Shown here: piece by piece, positions 10,352 to 21,462 of the stretch
Position numbering within the stretch: position 1 is the first letter of the stretch
Layout: each line of letters opens with the position of its first letter
Assembly (NCBI GenBank): GCA_964304625.1
Contig: OZ199840.1
Span: 6,445,120-6,509,119 of the forward strand
DNA from: Kudoa neothunni
Lineage: Eukaryota; Animalia; Cnidaria
Direction of reading: 5' to 3'
Length of the DNA: 64,000 bases
The notes under the pieces: generated by a model
Told to the model about the DNA's origin: nothing
Databases searched by the model: none
Seen by the model: the letters and a program-made list of their open reading frames with translations, nothing else
Translations under genes and position numbers: made by a program

Positions 10352-12794
10352 TATATATAAAGAGGACTGTCGGTATGTTTGTTTGTGTGTGTATGCTCCT
10401 AAGTACGTATGTGCGGGTAATTTTTTCCTTATAGAGAGCCATATATAAAATTTTTATAAATTTTTGATATTTAAAAAAATCGTTTAATTGTTTTCGGACT
10501 ACGAAAGTTTCCAAAAAGTATTTATGAAATAGTGATTTTGTCGTTTTAAAGTTTGTGTTTCGGATTAAATGAGTTCAACTATAGGATTAGCACTTGCTTA
10601 TTTCATGGTTATGGTCGGTTGAAGTTAACTATCTCCTTTATATGCCCCATCATATGTTCATTAACTGCTTCTATCTATCTTTATATATAAGGTTGGCGTT
10701 TCTATTTGGGTGTCTGTTTAAACACATTCCTTATTTGTGGAGTTTTAACGTATATGACTTGATAAGTATATTCTATTAATGGTTTTCAATGTGATAAAAA
10801 ATTTATATATGTTTCATAAATAACGAATTCGTGGAGAATGTTGAAGTTACATTGATTGAAGCATTATAATGGAAATACCGCGTTCATAAGTTTCATTAAA
10901 TCGTCCGCTAAGCTTTACGTGGTTAAATTCAATGCGGATGGTTGTACTTTTATTTCACCAAATTATTTAAACTGTTTATGATAAAAGCGCATGTATGTTT
11001 ATGCCGAGCTAAACGATGCTAATTTTAGCAATATCGATTAATTTTCATAAGTTTTCTTCCATCTCTTATTTTTTCTATTTTTTTATCTCTTAAAAGTTAG
11101 TGGTGCACCTAGTTACCGAGCCAGGCCAGAATTCGACTTTAAAAAATCCTCCGGGCCAAAAAATAACGTTTTAGATAACACTTTAACGGGATTTAAATAA
11201 TTCGGAATGAAAAAAATACAACGTTGACCTTAACTTGTTTAGCGTTGATGCCGAGCCACGAAATTTTTAAGTGGATGCAGGGATTGATACTTTCCTTCAC
11301 AGAAATTATCATAATTTAAATTGCATAATCCAAATCGTTATAGTAAGTTGCTTAAAAATTTTTAGTTATTTTGTTTCTATGGGTTAATTCGAGATTTCAA
11401 TATATTTTTTGAATGCTATTAAAAAATGCCTCTAGGCGAAATCTTCCCCAAGCAACGCTGGGCAGTTCGAACTAGTTTATAACATTAATAATCTCTTTGA
11501 AGAGTATTTTTGTAAAATTTTTTGTTGCATTATAATCTAAGCACAAGGTATGAGTTATTTATTATCATATCTTTACAAATACATTATTAACTATAATTAT
11601 ACTTTAGTAATAAATAACAAATGCATTCATTAATTGATGGGAAAAAAATAATAAAATTTTAAAAATAATGAAAGTTTTTATGGCGGTTATATACCAGAGC
11701 CGAAAAAGCAACGAAAACCCGCTATGGGTTAATGTACGAATTGTCAATATTATATGCATATAAAATATTCAATAAAATTCCATAAGGCATAATTATTTCA
11801 CCTTAAAACAGCTGTTTTTTGTATACCGCAAACTCAAACCTGCTATTGGAAAATCGAACGTCGAACGTCGGTAGCTTTTCCGCAAATTACGAATTCAACC
11901 GTAATTCATTAAAAATATAATACTCCAAAAAACTATTACACCCATGTTTTTTATTAATTATTTAATACGTGTATATAAATTATAAATAAAATCTAAACAT
12001 TGGACCCGTTATGTGTTAATATAATCAATATGCTTACACCTATCGATTATATTGGGCATGCGCGCCTATTCTGCTGCAAACATCTGATTTTCAGAACTAT
12101 TCTATGTCTAAAAATAACGACAATAATGATTTATTAGATAATGCACAACGATAATTCCTCTATAACTTTTCAAATATATATAATAAAAATCTCTTGCGGG
12201 GTATATCACGATTATACATAAAAATAAATTACATTGTTTTAAATGGCTCTATTTAGAATTTTTGTGTGCATTTTCCAGTATAATAAATCATAAAAAATGT
12301 GCTTATTGAATATTTGAATGGATAACAACTTTAATAATTATAGTTAATTTCAAGAAAATGTTGAATTTTGAGCGCCGTGAAGGTACGATTTCCTCTCTTG
12401 TTCATTCAAACTTTGAATGAACATTAGACATGAAAACGTTGAACAAGTGACGCGTTGGATGTCACGTATCATGTTCTTTCATGTTCCCGAATTTTTAATA
12501 TCTCAACTACCCAAAATGAAAGGGAAAGCCGACAAATTCAAAAAACCACAGTAATTACAGGCAACAATTAATAAGAACAAACAACTTAAGAAGCTCGCAT
12601 ATAATAATAAGCATCCACAAAAACTGAAAGTATATAAACTACGGAAACTTCTCCAATCAAATTCAGGGGGATAAGAATTAAGGCTGGAATCATAAAAACG
12701 TTAGTGTTAAAAAGTTATGGTTTGAACACACAAAAAAAAACGATCAACACAAAACAATTAAACTAACAGAGAACAACAATCAAATCATCACAAA

Positions 12795-14062
12795 CTAAAA
12801 CATGGTTCTGGCGTTTTCGGATCTTGGGCAGATAATTTTTTGAATATTCTTCGAGACAAGATCAAGAAGTGCGTACTATTGAAAGTCATTATTTTAATGT
12901 CATCAAAAACGTTATTTAGCGTAAAAAAATTATACATAGTAGACAGAAAGTTCTTTAAAAAGGAACCTATAATTAACAAATTCTTTTTCATCAATCTCTT
13001 TGATGAGTTCTCTGTAGTCTTCCTATAAAACATAAACACATTACATTTATACATGCACAAGACAAAGTTAGAATGTAATATTACAACAAAGGGATATTTC
13101 ACCACTTTGGAGATAGCCTTAGATCTGGTAGCATGGTAACGGCCAAGCTGGTCCATATAAGTAGAGACATCACTCAACATTCGTGCAATCTCACTCACAA
13201 TATCCTCCTATGGAATTTAAAAGTAATGTTAAAAGGTTGTTGGAGGAATGAAAAAATATCAACTTGAACAGAGACACCAAAGTTGTTACCATCTTCAATT
13301 TTGGGGATTTTTAGTTGAATCCAGGATTGCATCTAGACAACAAATATTAGGATGAGTTGATTTAGCGCAAAGTACGGCACTGAGATAGCCAATCATCTCA
13401 CGTATTTCTCCCTTGAGCTTACTGCCAATGTCTACAACTGGCTAAATAGATTGGTTTAGATGGTAGGTGACAACAATAATCATATAACACAAGCAATCAA
13501 TTACTTGGCAGATAGGTACAACCAAATTTGATTCCAAAGCATGGGAACCATCCTTTGGCCTTTTGGCAGGTGCCGGCTAATGCAAAAACACATTCAGTTC
13601 GAAAGAACTCACACATTAGCACAATTTAAGTTATATGGTACCTTATTTTCGTCAATAGTCTGAGCTTCGCTGTAGGTTCTGATTTCTTTAACCCGCGATA
13701 ACGACAACTCCGAACTCTAAACCGATCTAATTAGTTATCAAAACAAATCGTACGAAATCTACCTCAGCGTAAGCTCTGAGCTCAATAATTTTGCGTGGAA
13801 ATTCTTCATTCAGAAAATGCATGACCTAAATGGGTATTCAGGTTGCGAAAAAAAATCACAACACTCAACAAATTTATGTCGGCAGTTTATAACCTACATC
13901 TTTATGTATACGATCCTTGATTTCGAGAATCTAAACGGTTTCCAGTAATCACAGGCAGACGATCTACTACAACGATATTACCTCAGGACTAATCTTTCTC
14001 AATTCGCCACTCTAAAACAATGTTAAATGGAGATGAGACTACAACGTAAGATCGACTACCAT
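12795..14062 (-). CDS. PSME3: Proteasome activator PA28 gamma (11S REG), ~233 aa, 11 exons
   Basis: Exons (minus strand): 14060-14062, 13982-14011, 13898-13930, 13763-13825, 13642-13716, 13505-13576, 13376-13441, 13264-13332, 13085-13207, 12936-13022, 12795-12875. All introns are GT-AG. Contains WIQLKIPKIEDGNNFGVSVQ (activation loop), KYPFVEDYRELIKEIDEKE and an NLS-like PAKRPK. An alternative in-frame ATG lies at 14158. Confidence 0.92.
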
Positions 14063-15369
14063 TCCCTCCGTATAATCACGCGCAGGCTTAATACGCACGA
14101 CTTTAGTACTCAACGTGTTGGTTTCGCCGATAATAGAACTGCAAGATTTCAAGGACATTGCTTTATTATCTTCTATTTTATAATGTTAAAATGTTATGCT
14201 TAATGGTTGCTATGCTGTAGTGCTAACCATCTAACTGGTTGCCTAAGAACCTTTACACTAGGAAGTTCAATATCACTATAGATTTTACCTATCTGCTTAT
14301 AAAATAGTAAAAATAGGTGCACCAAACTTAAATTAATTCTATAAATGTACATAGAGTTTTCATAAAATGGTTAAGAACGTAAGATTCAAAGTTTCGGAAT
14401 GCGCACATCGGAGAATTAATCCGAAATATCATCGCATAAGTTTGTCGGCAATCCTTCGTTACTGGTCAAGTTATTTAATGTCTGATGACCCCTGTGAAAA
14501 TTCTTCATTTAGTTGCCGAATTGCTCAATGTCAAGCTGATTTATTTTGTTCATAATTATCCGCAGAACTCTGTTTATGAACCTTATCGACTTTGTTTTAT
14601 TCAAATAAAACTCTTTCGTTGAAAGAAAGCATTCTATCAGAACTTATTATTTTTATTTGGTCATTTTAGTAATGAAGAGCCAAAAAATAATAATAACTAA
14701 CGCGAACTACCTACCTCCTGGGATTGGGGATATTTTATCATAATGGAACGTGTTTAAAAACATACATATCCTTTCAATTAACCAGATGGGAAATTTAACA
14801 AACCTTGTTTCTAAAATATCATATTTTTAACGACTGTGATAAACTTATTTAAAATTAAAATCATTTTCGAGAAACCATAAAAATAACAAAATCTATATAA
14901 CTCAACGACAACTGGAGACGATTTGTTTATACATGATTTGAAGTACAGTAGTGGATTGGCCTACGTAACTCCCTTGGGATGGGTAAATTGTACATACTAC
15001 CGGTCCCGGCCGGATAGTACGTATTTTTTGCGCAAGCGCACAAATATATTAAAATATAAAACTAGCTAAATTAGGTTACCGATTTTCCGTAACTTCAGAT
15101 TTTCTTGCCAACTGTAATAACCTCTATATTATTGCCGGCGTTGGTCGTGACACGTTATTGTTGTTTTGTGCTCATTGTCTTCTTGTGCGCTCGTTACACC
15201 TACAAATATTATTTCAATATTTAAACCATATATTATATTTTATTTGTCAGTTTTAATAATAATTTACAAAAATTTTAAAATTGAACATTGGAAAGTGGTT
15301 TTTTCCTATTATCAGTGCTTAGCCGCTTTTCCGTCACTTTTCAGCTATAGGCGGATTTAGTGGTGTGTC

Positions 15370-16400
15370 TTTTTTACATTTATAATGTCTGTAAAGTTTA
15401 AAAATGAGGAAATAATAAAACTAAAATATAAATTTATCGATTTTTTTAAAAGTATAATAAACAGGAGTGCAAAAATACTACATTTCGTAAATTTAAGCTC
15501 CCTTCTATTTCTACTCTAGATATCATCTTGATTAGAAAGAAAGATACAGTTTTATCTTATAAACTGGCTTGGCTTCTTCAGAGAGAAAAAATTTTAAACA
15601 GTGTTCAAGTCACGACATCGATACTTTTGCATATGATTGGGTGAATTATTTGAGATAAAAAAATTGAACCTAAGCGTAATAATGACCCGTGATTGATTTA
15701 TTGCTTTTAAATCAAAATTTAATTTAAAAATACCACTGTTCATGGCGATGCTGCTTATGTCGATTCATGTTTTGTAGAAAATTGGTAATCGAAATTGAAT
15801 GACTAAGTCAAAGATTACATCGATGACTGTATCTATATCCTTTACGAAACTGCACTATTTTATTAACGACTTCGAGGTCCATAATTTTTAATGCTATGTT
15901 TTGTTTATAGAAAAAACCCGAAAAAATAGTTATTGTTTCGCGGCATACATCTATGCCTGGAGGTTGCATTGAATCTCTTATGATCGGCAATCACAAAAAC
16001 CACGTTGTTTTAAAAATGCTAAAACATTTATAGTAAAATACAAATCAAACAGGAAAAAATGGATGACTAGGGAACACTTAATAAATATTTTTCTAATTTT
16101 AACAGTGTGTTCAAAACGAAATACAAGGAAGTTTGCTACCTTTTAATAATACCACTTGCCACGCCGAAATTCATTTGACCAATATCCCTCTTATATTCCT
16201 TGCAAAAAGTTCAACTAGCGTTTTTTCCAACTATTAGATCATAGAATCATTCTCTCATTAAAATAAAATTACAAACATAATTTAGTAGAAAGCCATATTG
16301 CCGCAGTCAGCAGTGATATAAATACATCCTCCCAAGATTCGTCTAAAACATTGTTCCCAATTAAAAATCATGGGCGGTGTTAAAAGGATATTGTATTTAA
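15370..16400 (+). pseudogene. pogo/Tigger transposase relic
   Basis: Fragmentary HG(D/E)AA and WMT motifs in heavily decayed sequence. A TA-CAGT terminus-like sequence lies at 14945. Limits are approximate. Confidence 0.45.
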
Positions 16401-16905
16401 TTGTTTCAGAAAATATAGGTTTCCTGCAACCAACGAATGTGAGCGTTCATCAAATATTAATTTTAGAAATAAATAATTCTAAGCTGGAAATTCCGAGATT
16501 ACTCAAGAGGAAGTCATTATACCTACATCAAAACACTTTTACGAGCCTACTCCTTTGATTGTTGAATCTGCTAACTTTGAAACTAAAGATGAACAAGTGG
16601 TAGAATTTATATCATCGAAAGATTCATTTAAATGTTTAAACATGCAGAAGAAATATACGACAGAGAGGAATTGATCATCTGGACGAAATAATGAGTTAAC
16701 ATCATAAAATTACGACACACATTTAAAAATATAATTATAAATAACATATTGTTTCGATAAAAGTAGATGATTGCATAAATGAAATTAATTTCTCTAAAAT
16801 AGATTTATTTCTTCAATTTTGCGCGCTAGGAAAGTTGCGGAAAATCGGCTACCTATTGTATAATAAAAAATCTATTCAACCGCATACTGTTTATAACAAT
16901 TATAA

Positions 16906-17443
16906 CCCCTTCCGACGTCCTATCAAAATATCCCTTTTTCACATTACTCCAAATATTTTTATAATTCGACATGATAATGAAAAATGAATTTTCAAGGCCG
17001 TCTCAATACAGTGTTTTGAAAAGCAATGAGACAATCCAAACACTCTTAATCCATTCTGATTTTTTCCGAAAGATAGCGAGGATTCTTGTCACATCGGCTG
17101 TCCGGGCGAAGATATGTTCCTACGTCATTTCAGCTTATTTTAATTTTTAATTGATCAATTCGGAGAGTATTTTTGTTGTTGTGACTCACATTAATCCATC
17201 ATGGATTTTGGCTTTAAAAATCTAATTAAATTGGAGGTAGCTGACCTACTTGGACGTGCTCACGATTAGCATCAAAAACTAAAAATTAGAATCCAATTTA
17301 CCTATGTGTAGCGTAACATTATGCCAGGAGATGTGCTGAGTTAATTTGATAAAAATTTGAAGCTTTTAAGATTGTTTTTATCTGGGGTCAAAAATGACCC
17401 CATTGACTTCCGCGTTATGACCACGCGCTCAGTACGGGGAGGG
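16906..17443. mobile_element. piggyBac-like MITE
   Basis: (A)TAA|CCCCTTCCG... and ...TACGGGGAGGG|TTAA, with the palindrome GGGGTCAAAAATGACCCC at 17384-17401. Confidence 0.55.
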
Positions 17444-17744
17444 TTAAAGCTTTAATGCGTGTTTCGTTCTTTCGTTATCTATCAAATGGTAATGGATAAA
17501 CAATAGTTCTAATTGTATTCCCGAATGAAACTGGAAATAGTTCTGGTTTGCATAAAATGTTTAAAACTATATGATAGTTTATAACTATGTTTTCTAAACA
17601 AAAATATTATCTGTTTACGGTCAAAGAATTCATTTCTTCACTTGATCAAATAGTTTAAATTTTGGAGGTTTTCCGAATTAACGTGCTGGTTGAATTAGAA
17701 AAAAATTTTTCAAGAGCCACAGTTTGGCTATCCCTGGTATATCT

Positions 17745-17940
17745 GCTACATTGTATATGTCGTACGGCGATGGATGCTACTTTTATCCGGAAATATTATT
17801 ACAAAGTTCTTCCCGTTCCCATTTACCGAGGTTCCGGATAATCGGACATTTATCGACTCGTAATGTCAATAAAATCCAAATAAAATTTAAAATTTTATCT
17901 GGACAGCGCGATTTCCGTATAACAGAGGTTCGACTGTATA
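17745..17940 (+). mobile_element. Right end of the pogo/Tigger MITE family
   Basis: Similar to 7365-7470 (ACATTGTATATGTCGTA...GAGGTTCGACTG|TA). Confidence 0.6.
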
Positions 17941-18699
17941 TTAAAAAATCTCCACCAAACAGATTTTACATTAATAATAACAAATTTATATGAGAAAACT
18001 ATTCGGGTCACTTGTTACATAAGATAACTTACTTTTGTTTGGCATGGTTTGGGCAAATAAATTTACCGCAATTAGAACAAGGTAATGTGGACTTTATTTC
18101 GTTGGTCATTGGAAGATAAGGCGTTTATTACGATGTTTTGTTCATGAAGAATCTAAATCATCTTATAGGAATCGTCGGATTCTGGTATTTTAAAAATAGG
18201 ATCATCACTGGGATTAGAATTAAATTTATTTTGTACAAGTTATTCGATGTTATTATATGTATTATTCGAGGTCATATTGCTTTAGTAATAAGTACATATT
18301 ACTTTTAAAGAACAAGCTACTGTAAAAACAATAAGAAAGTTACGTTTCATTAACTTCCTTAAGGAATGTTAACCTGACTGTGCATAGATTAATTGTCCTA
18401 AATCTCATGACAACTTAACTAGAAACGAAACTGCTTTTTTTGAGATATATAAAGAAATCTATTAAAATCTAATCCCATAATTTAATATAATAAATAAAAA
18501 TTGATACATTAATACCTTTTTTTGAAAAATAAAGCAATAAATAATCTTTTCTCATAACAAAATCTGGTATTGCTATTTTTTAAATTCTTCGAACGAATAA
18601 AAACTTGTTCATTTAAAAATTCATAGTTTCTTCGAGGTATCCCTAGATGCATTAAATAGTGAGATTAGAATTCTTGGAGTTAAAAGCAAAATAGCTCTC

Positions 18700-18740
18700 G
18701 CGGGGTCACAAATGACTCCACTTCGGACCGGGAGGGTTAA
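18700..18740 (+). mobile_element. Orphan piggyBac-like right end
   Basis: GGGGTCACAAATGACTCC palindrome followed by ...GGGAGGG|TTAA. Confidence 0.5.
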
Positions 18741-18974
18741 ATACTGTACCATAATACAACATTTCTACATTTATTCGTCATTCTAACTTTTATATACTAT
18801 TCGTTTTTCGAAAATATAAAAATTGTAGAATTGTGAAAAATAAAATGTGTAACTATTGTAAACGCAAGAGAGAGACATCACAAAGCAACAATAACAACAA
18901 TAATAATAATCGCGCCCCTCTAGCTAACGGTTTGTTAATCTCCTGTATTAATCTACCAACATAACAGTAACAAC

Positions 18975-20241
18975 TAGGCTTTTAAAAAATCGAGAGTCGA
19001 AGAAAATTTTAAAAAAAACGAGGTTGATTATGTGTTGAAGTGAGGATTATTAAGGATTCGGATAGGGATTTCATGATTCCAACGTTTTGTAGTTGTTACT
19101 CGTTTTTACAAACATTCTGGTAGATAATACATCTCAGTAAATGAATTATATTAGTTTAAAACGCTTGAAACATTCAATCACACAAAGATATTGAAGTAGC
19201 TTAAAAATATGACGTATTATTTCATTTTATATTCAAAAGCTAGGTTATTAATGTTTATTTTTAGGTTTTACACCATTTTTATATTGTTGAGATAAGTAAT
19301 AAAAATATGCTTTTGATTTATTAACACTCGTAATTGATTTAATTCTAAATGCCTAAAAATGGTATATTTTGTTTCATGACGATTATTTTACTTTAAAGTT
19401 AATTTTAATTAAAAAAAATTATTGAATATTTTTTTTAGTTACTTAATGTAGATAAATAAAAAGATACCTCGATCAAATGGATTAAAACTTTCCATGTTTG
19501 AATTTTGGAACAAATATTGTTATAATATTTGTTTAATCATAAATAAACCATCTGAAAAAATTTATAAACTAAAAACCACATTATGGAATACCATCGTTAA
19601 ATTAAAACATCTTCATTCTAATTTTAAATACGAAATCACAAGATTGAACGTTTACAAACTTATTACTAACAGATACAAATAAAAAAATTCAATGAACAAT
19701 TAACGACTTCGAATTTTTTAAAATTATAGAAAAATAATAATTTTGTTGATGTATTTATGAGCAACAGAGGTTCCACGCAAATCCGAACGTGTTCGACTTA
19801 AGATTTATCTCCAGTTTATAAATTAATTCTTTTTGACCCGAATTTAAATGCATAATGTAGTTTTTTGTGATAATATAAAAAATAAAAAAACATTTGAAAA
19901 TGAAGTGAATTAACAGGGCGAATTGTAGGAAACGACTTTATTTCCGATTTTGTATTCGACACCACCCGAAATTCTACACAGATACTGTAGTACTGTAGTT
20001 TTGCTGATATTTTAAAAGAAATAAAATAGTTTATTCCAGAAAATAATGCACTGCCGAATTTTGATAAGAAAATTTCTCCTAACATTGATTACAAAAATGT
20101 ACTGTATACGAATCACGCAATCTTGTTAATACATTGATTTAATCTCTTCGAATTAGAGGATAATCCCTATAACTCGAACTTTTGAGGGTTTGGAGAATTC
20201 TCGAGGACCTTCGAACTCGACCCTCGATTTTTTTAGTACTA
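18975..20241 (+). mobile_element. Non-autonomous TIR element X, copy 1 (hAT-like termini)
   Basis: TAGGCTTTTAAAAAATCGAGAG ... CCCTCGATTTTTTTAGTACTA, with subterminal TCGA repeats. A near-identical inverted copy lies at 30999-32247. Confidence 0.8.
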
Positions 20242-21328
20242 CAACGGATCCGTGTAATCCTCACCTTCGGCACGTGCTATTACCACGGGAACCAATTACT
20301 CTGCAATTATTATCTCTATTAAATAACTAATTTCACATTACTAATATTTATATTTTTCTCTACTAAATTATAGAAGTAGATAACAATCGAGAATATCTTT
20401 TTACATATTTATATTGTTTACTTTAATGATTGTTTTCCATAATTAAATGGAAAATTTATTAACCTTAGTTTAAAACACGATCAAAATTGTATTATATCAT
20501 TTTCTGTCAACAATAAGGTTAAAGTTGAAGAATTATGTGTGTGTTTGTATAATTCTGACAATATTCCAGAAGCGCGCGCTCCCACATTGTGTATTCAAAC
20601 TCGTATAACTTAATTTATTTCCAATCTTTACAATATTCAGATTATATGATTTATTGTATTCTATTCTTAAATTATGAACTTCAAGATAAAATATGCTCAC
20701 TATATTTCACAGAAATGATGTGAATTTTCCGCTTTAGATTTCAATATAGACAAGAATTTTGAGAAAACTAATCATAATTGGGTCATTTTTCAGAAATTAG
20801 ATGAATACAACACGATAAACAATGGCTATCCTAGTCAAATAAATAATGAGAGATCGAAGAAAATTTATTTTTCTTTTTGTATCCAATAGTGGTTAAAGCG
20901 TATCCCTTTGGTCTCCCAACAGACTTCACTCGAGAGGGAATTTTTAAGGCTAAAATAATTAAAAAAAAGAAAGGAAATGAAATGAAAATACCATCAAGTT
21001 CGATCATATTTAAAGTGGGCGCTAATTGATCTTCAGACAAAACAGTTTGGATCTCGAGAGCATTTTCATTTGAAATATTATTACCAACACCCTCAACAAT
21101 TATTTGAGAATTAAAAATATTCCCAATAACATCTATTTTTTGTAAATTAGATACGAGTAAAGTATTTAAGTTAAGCGTCATATACCTCTTCCTTCAGAAA
21201 TATCTTCGTCTTCGGCTATAGCCTCGGAGTATTCAATAATGCGATTTCCTAAAAATAAATAAAGAAAAATTAAGTTTTCTTAAAATACCTAATTGATTTA
21301 TTTGTTTTATTAATTTGATGTCGTGGTT

Positions 21329-21410
21329 TGTAACACGAACGAGGAGGCAGAATTAATGGACAACAATAATGAGGGTACTACGACTACTAATTATCTATGA
21401 TGACGTCACA
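21329..21410 (-). repeat. 3' LTR (82 bp)
   Basis: TG...CA termini; 80/82 identical to 25118-25199. Confidence 0.95.
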
Positions 21411-21414
21411 TATG

Positions 21415-21424
21415 TCCCCCTTTC
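21415..21424 (-). promoter_or_regulatory. Polypurine tract
   Basis: GAAAGGGGGA on the minus strand, 4 nt before the 3' LTR. Confidence 0.8.
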
Positions 21425-21462
21425 GAAAAAAGGCGAGATGTCGTTGTGACATAATTTTGCAT

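Larger units (their letters stand above)
7990..11475 (+). mobile_element. Non-autonomous Helitron (~1.1 kb without Ginger2)
   Basis: 5' end A|TC-CTTTATATA[Ginger2]TATATAAAGAGG...GTATGTTTGTTTGTGTG. 3' hairpin CCCAAGCAACGCTGGG followed by ...AACTAG|T. Inserted between A and T with no TSD. Confidence 0.65.
7780..11728. mobile_element. Non-autonomous piggyBac-like element C with ~138-bp TIRs (~460 bp without insertions)
   Basis: TTAA|CCCATAGCGGGGTTTCGTTGCTTTTTCGGCTCTG... and its inverse ...CAGAGCCGAAAAAGCAACGAAAACCCGCTATGGG|TTAA. Shares TTAA 7776-7779 with element A. Confidence 0.9.

Noticed and set aside
8952-10514. Minus-strand ORFs 8952-9263, 9977-10243 and 10284-10514
   Set aside because: They are antisense shadows of the Ginger2 ORF or read-through of its TIR, with no motifs.
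14947-17938. A single Tigger element spanning these two TA-CAGT/ACTG-TA ends
   Set aside because: The two termini do not match beyond the first few bases, so I did not pair them.
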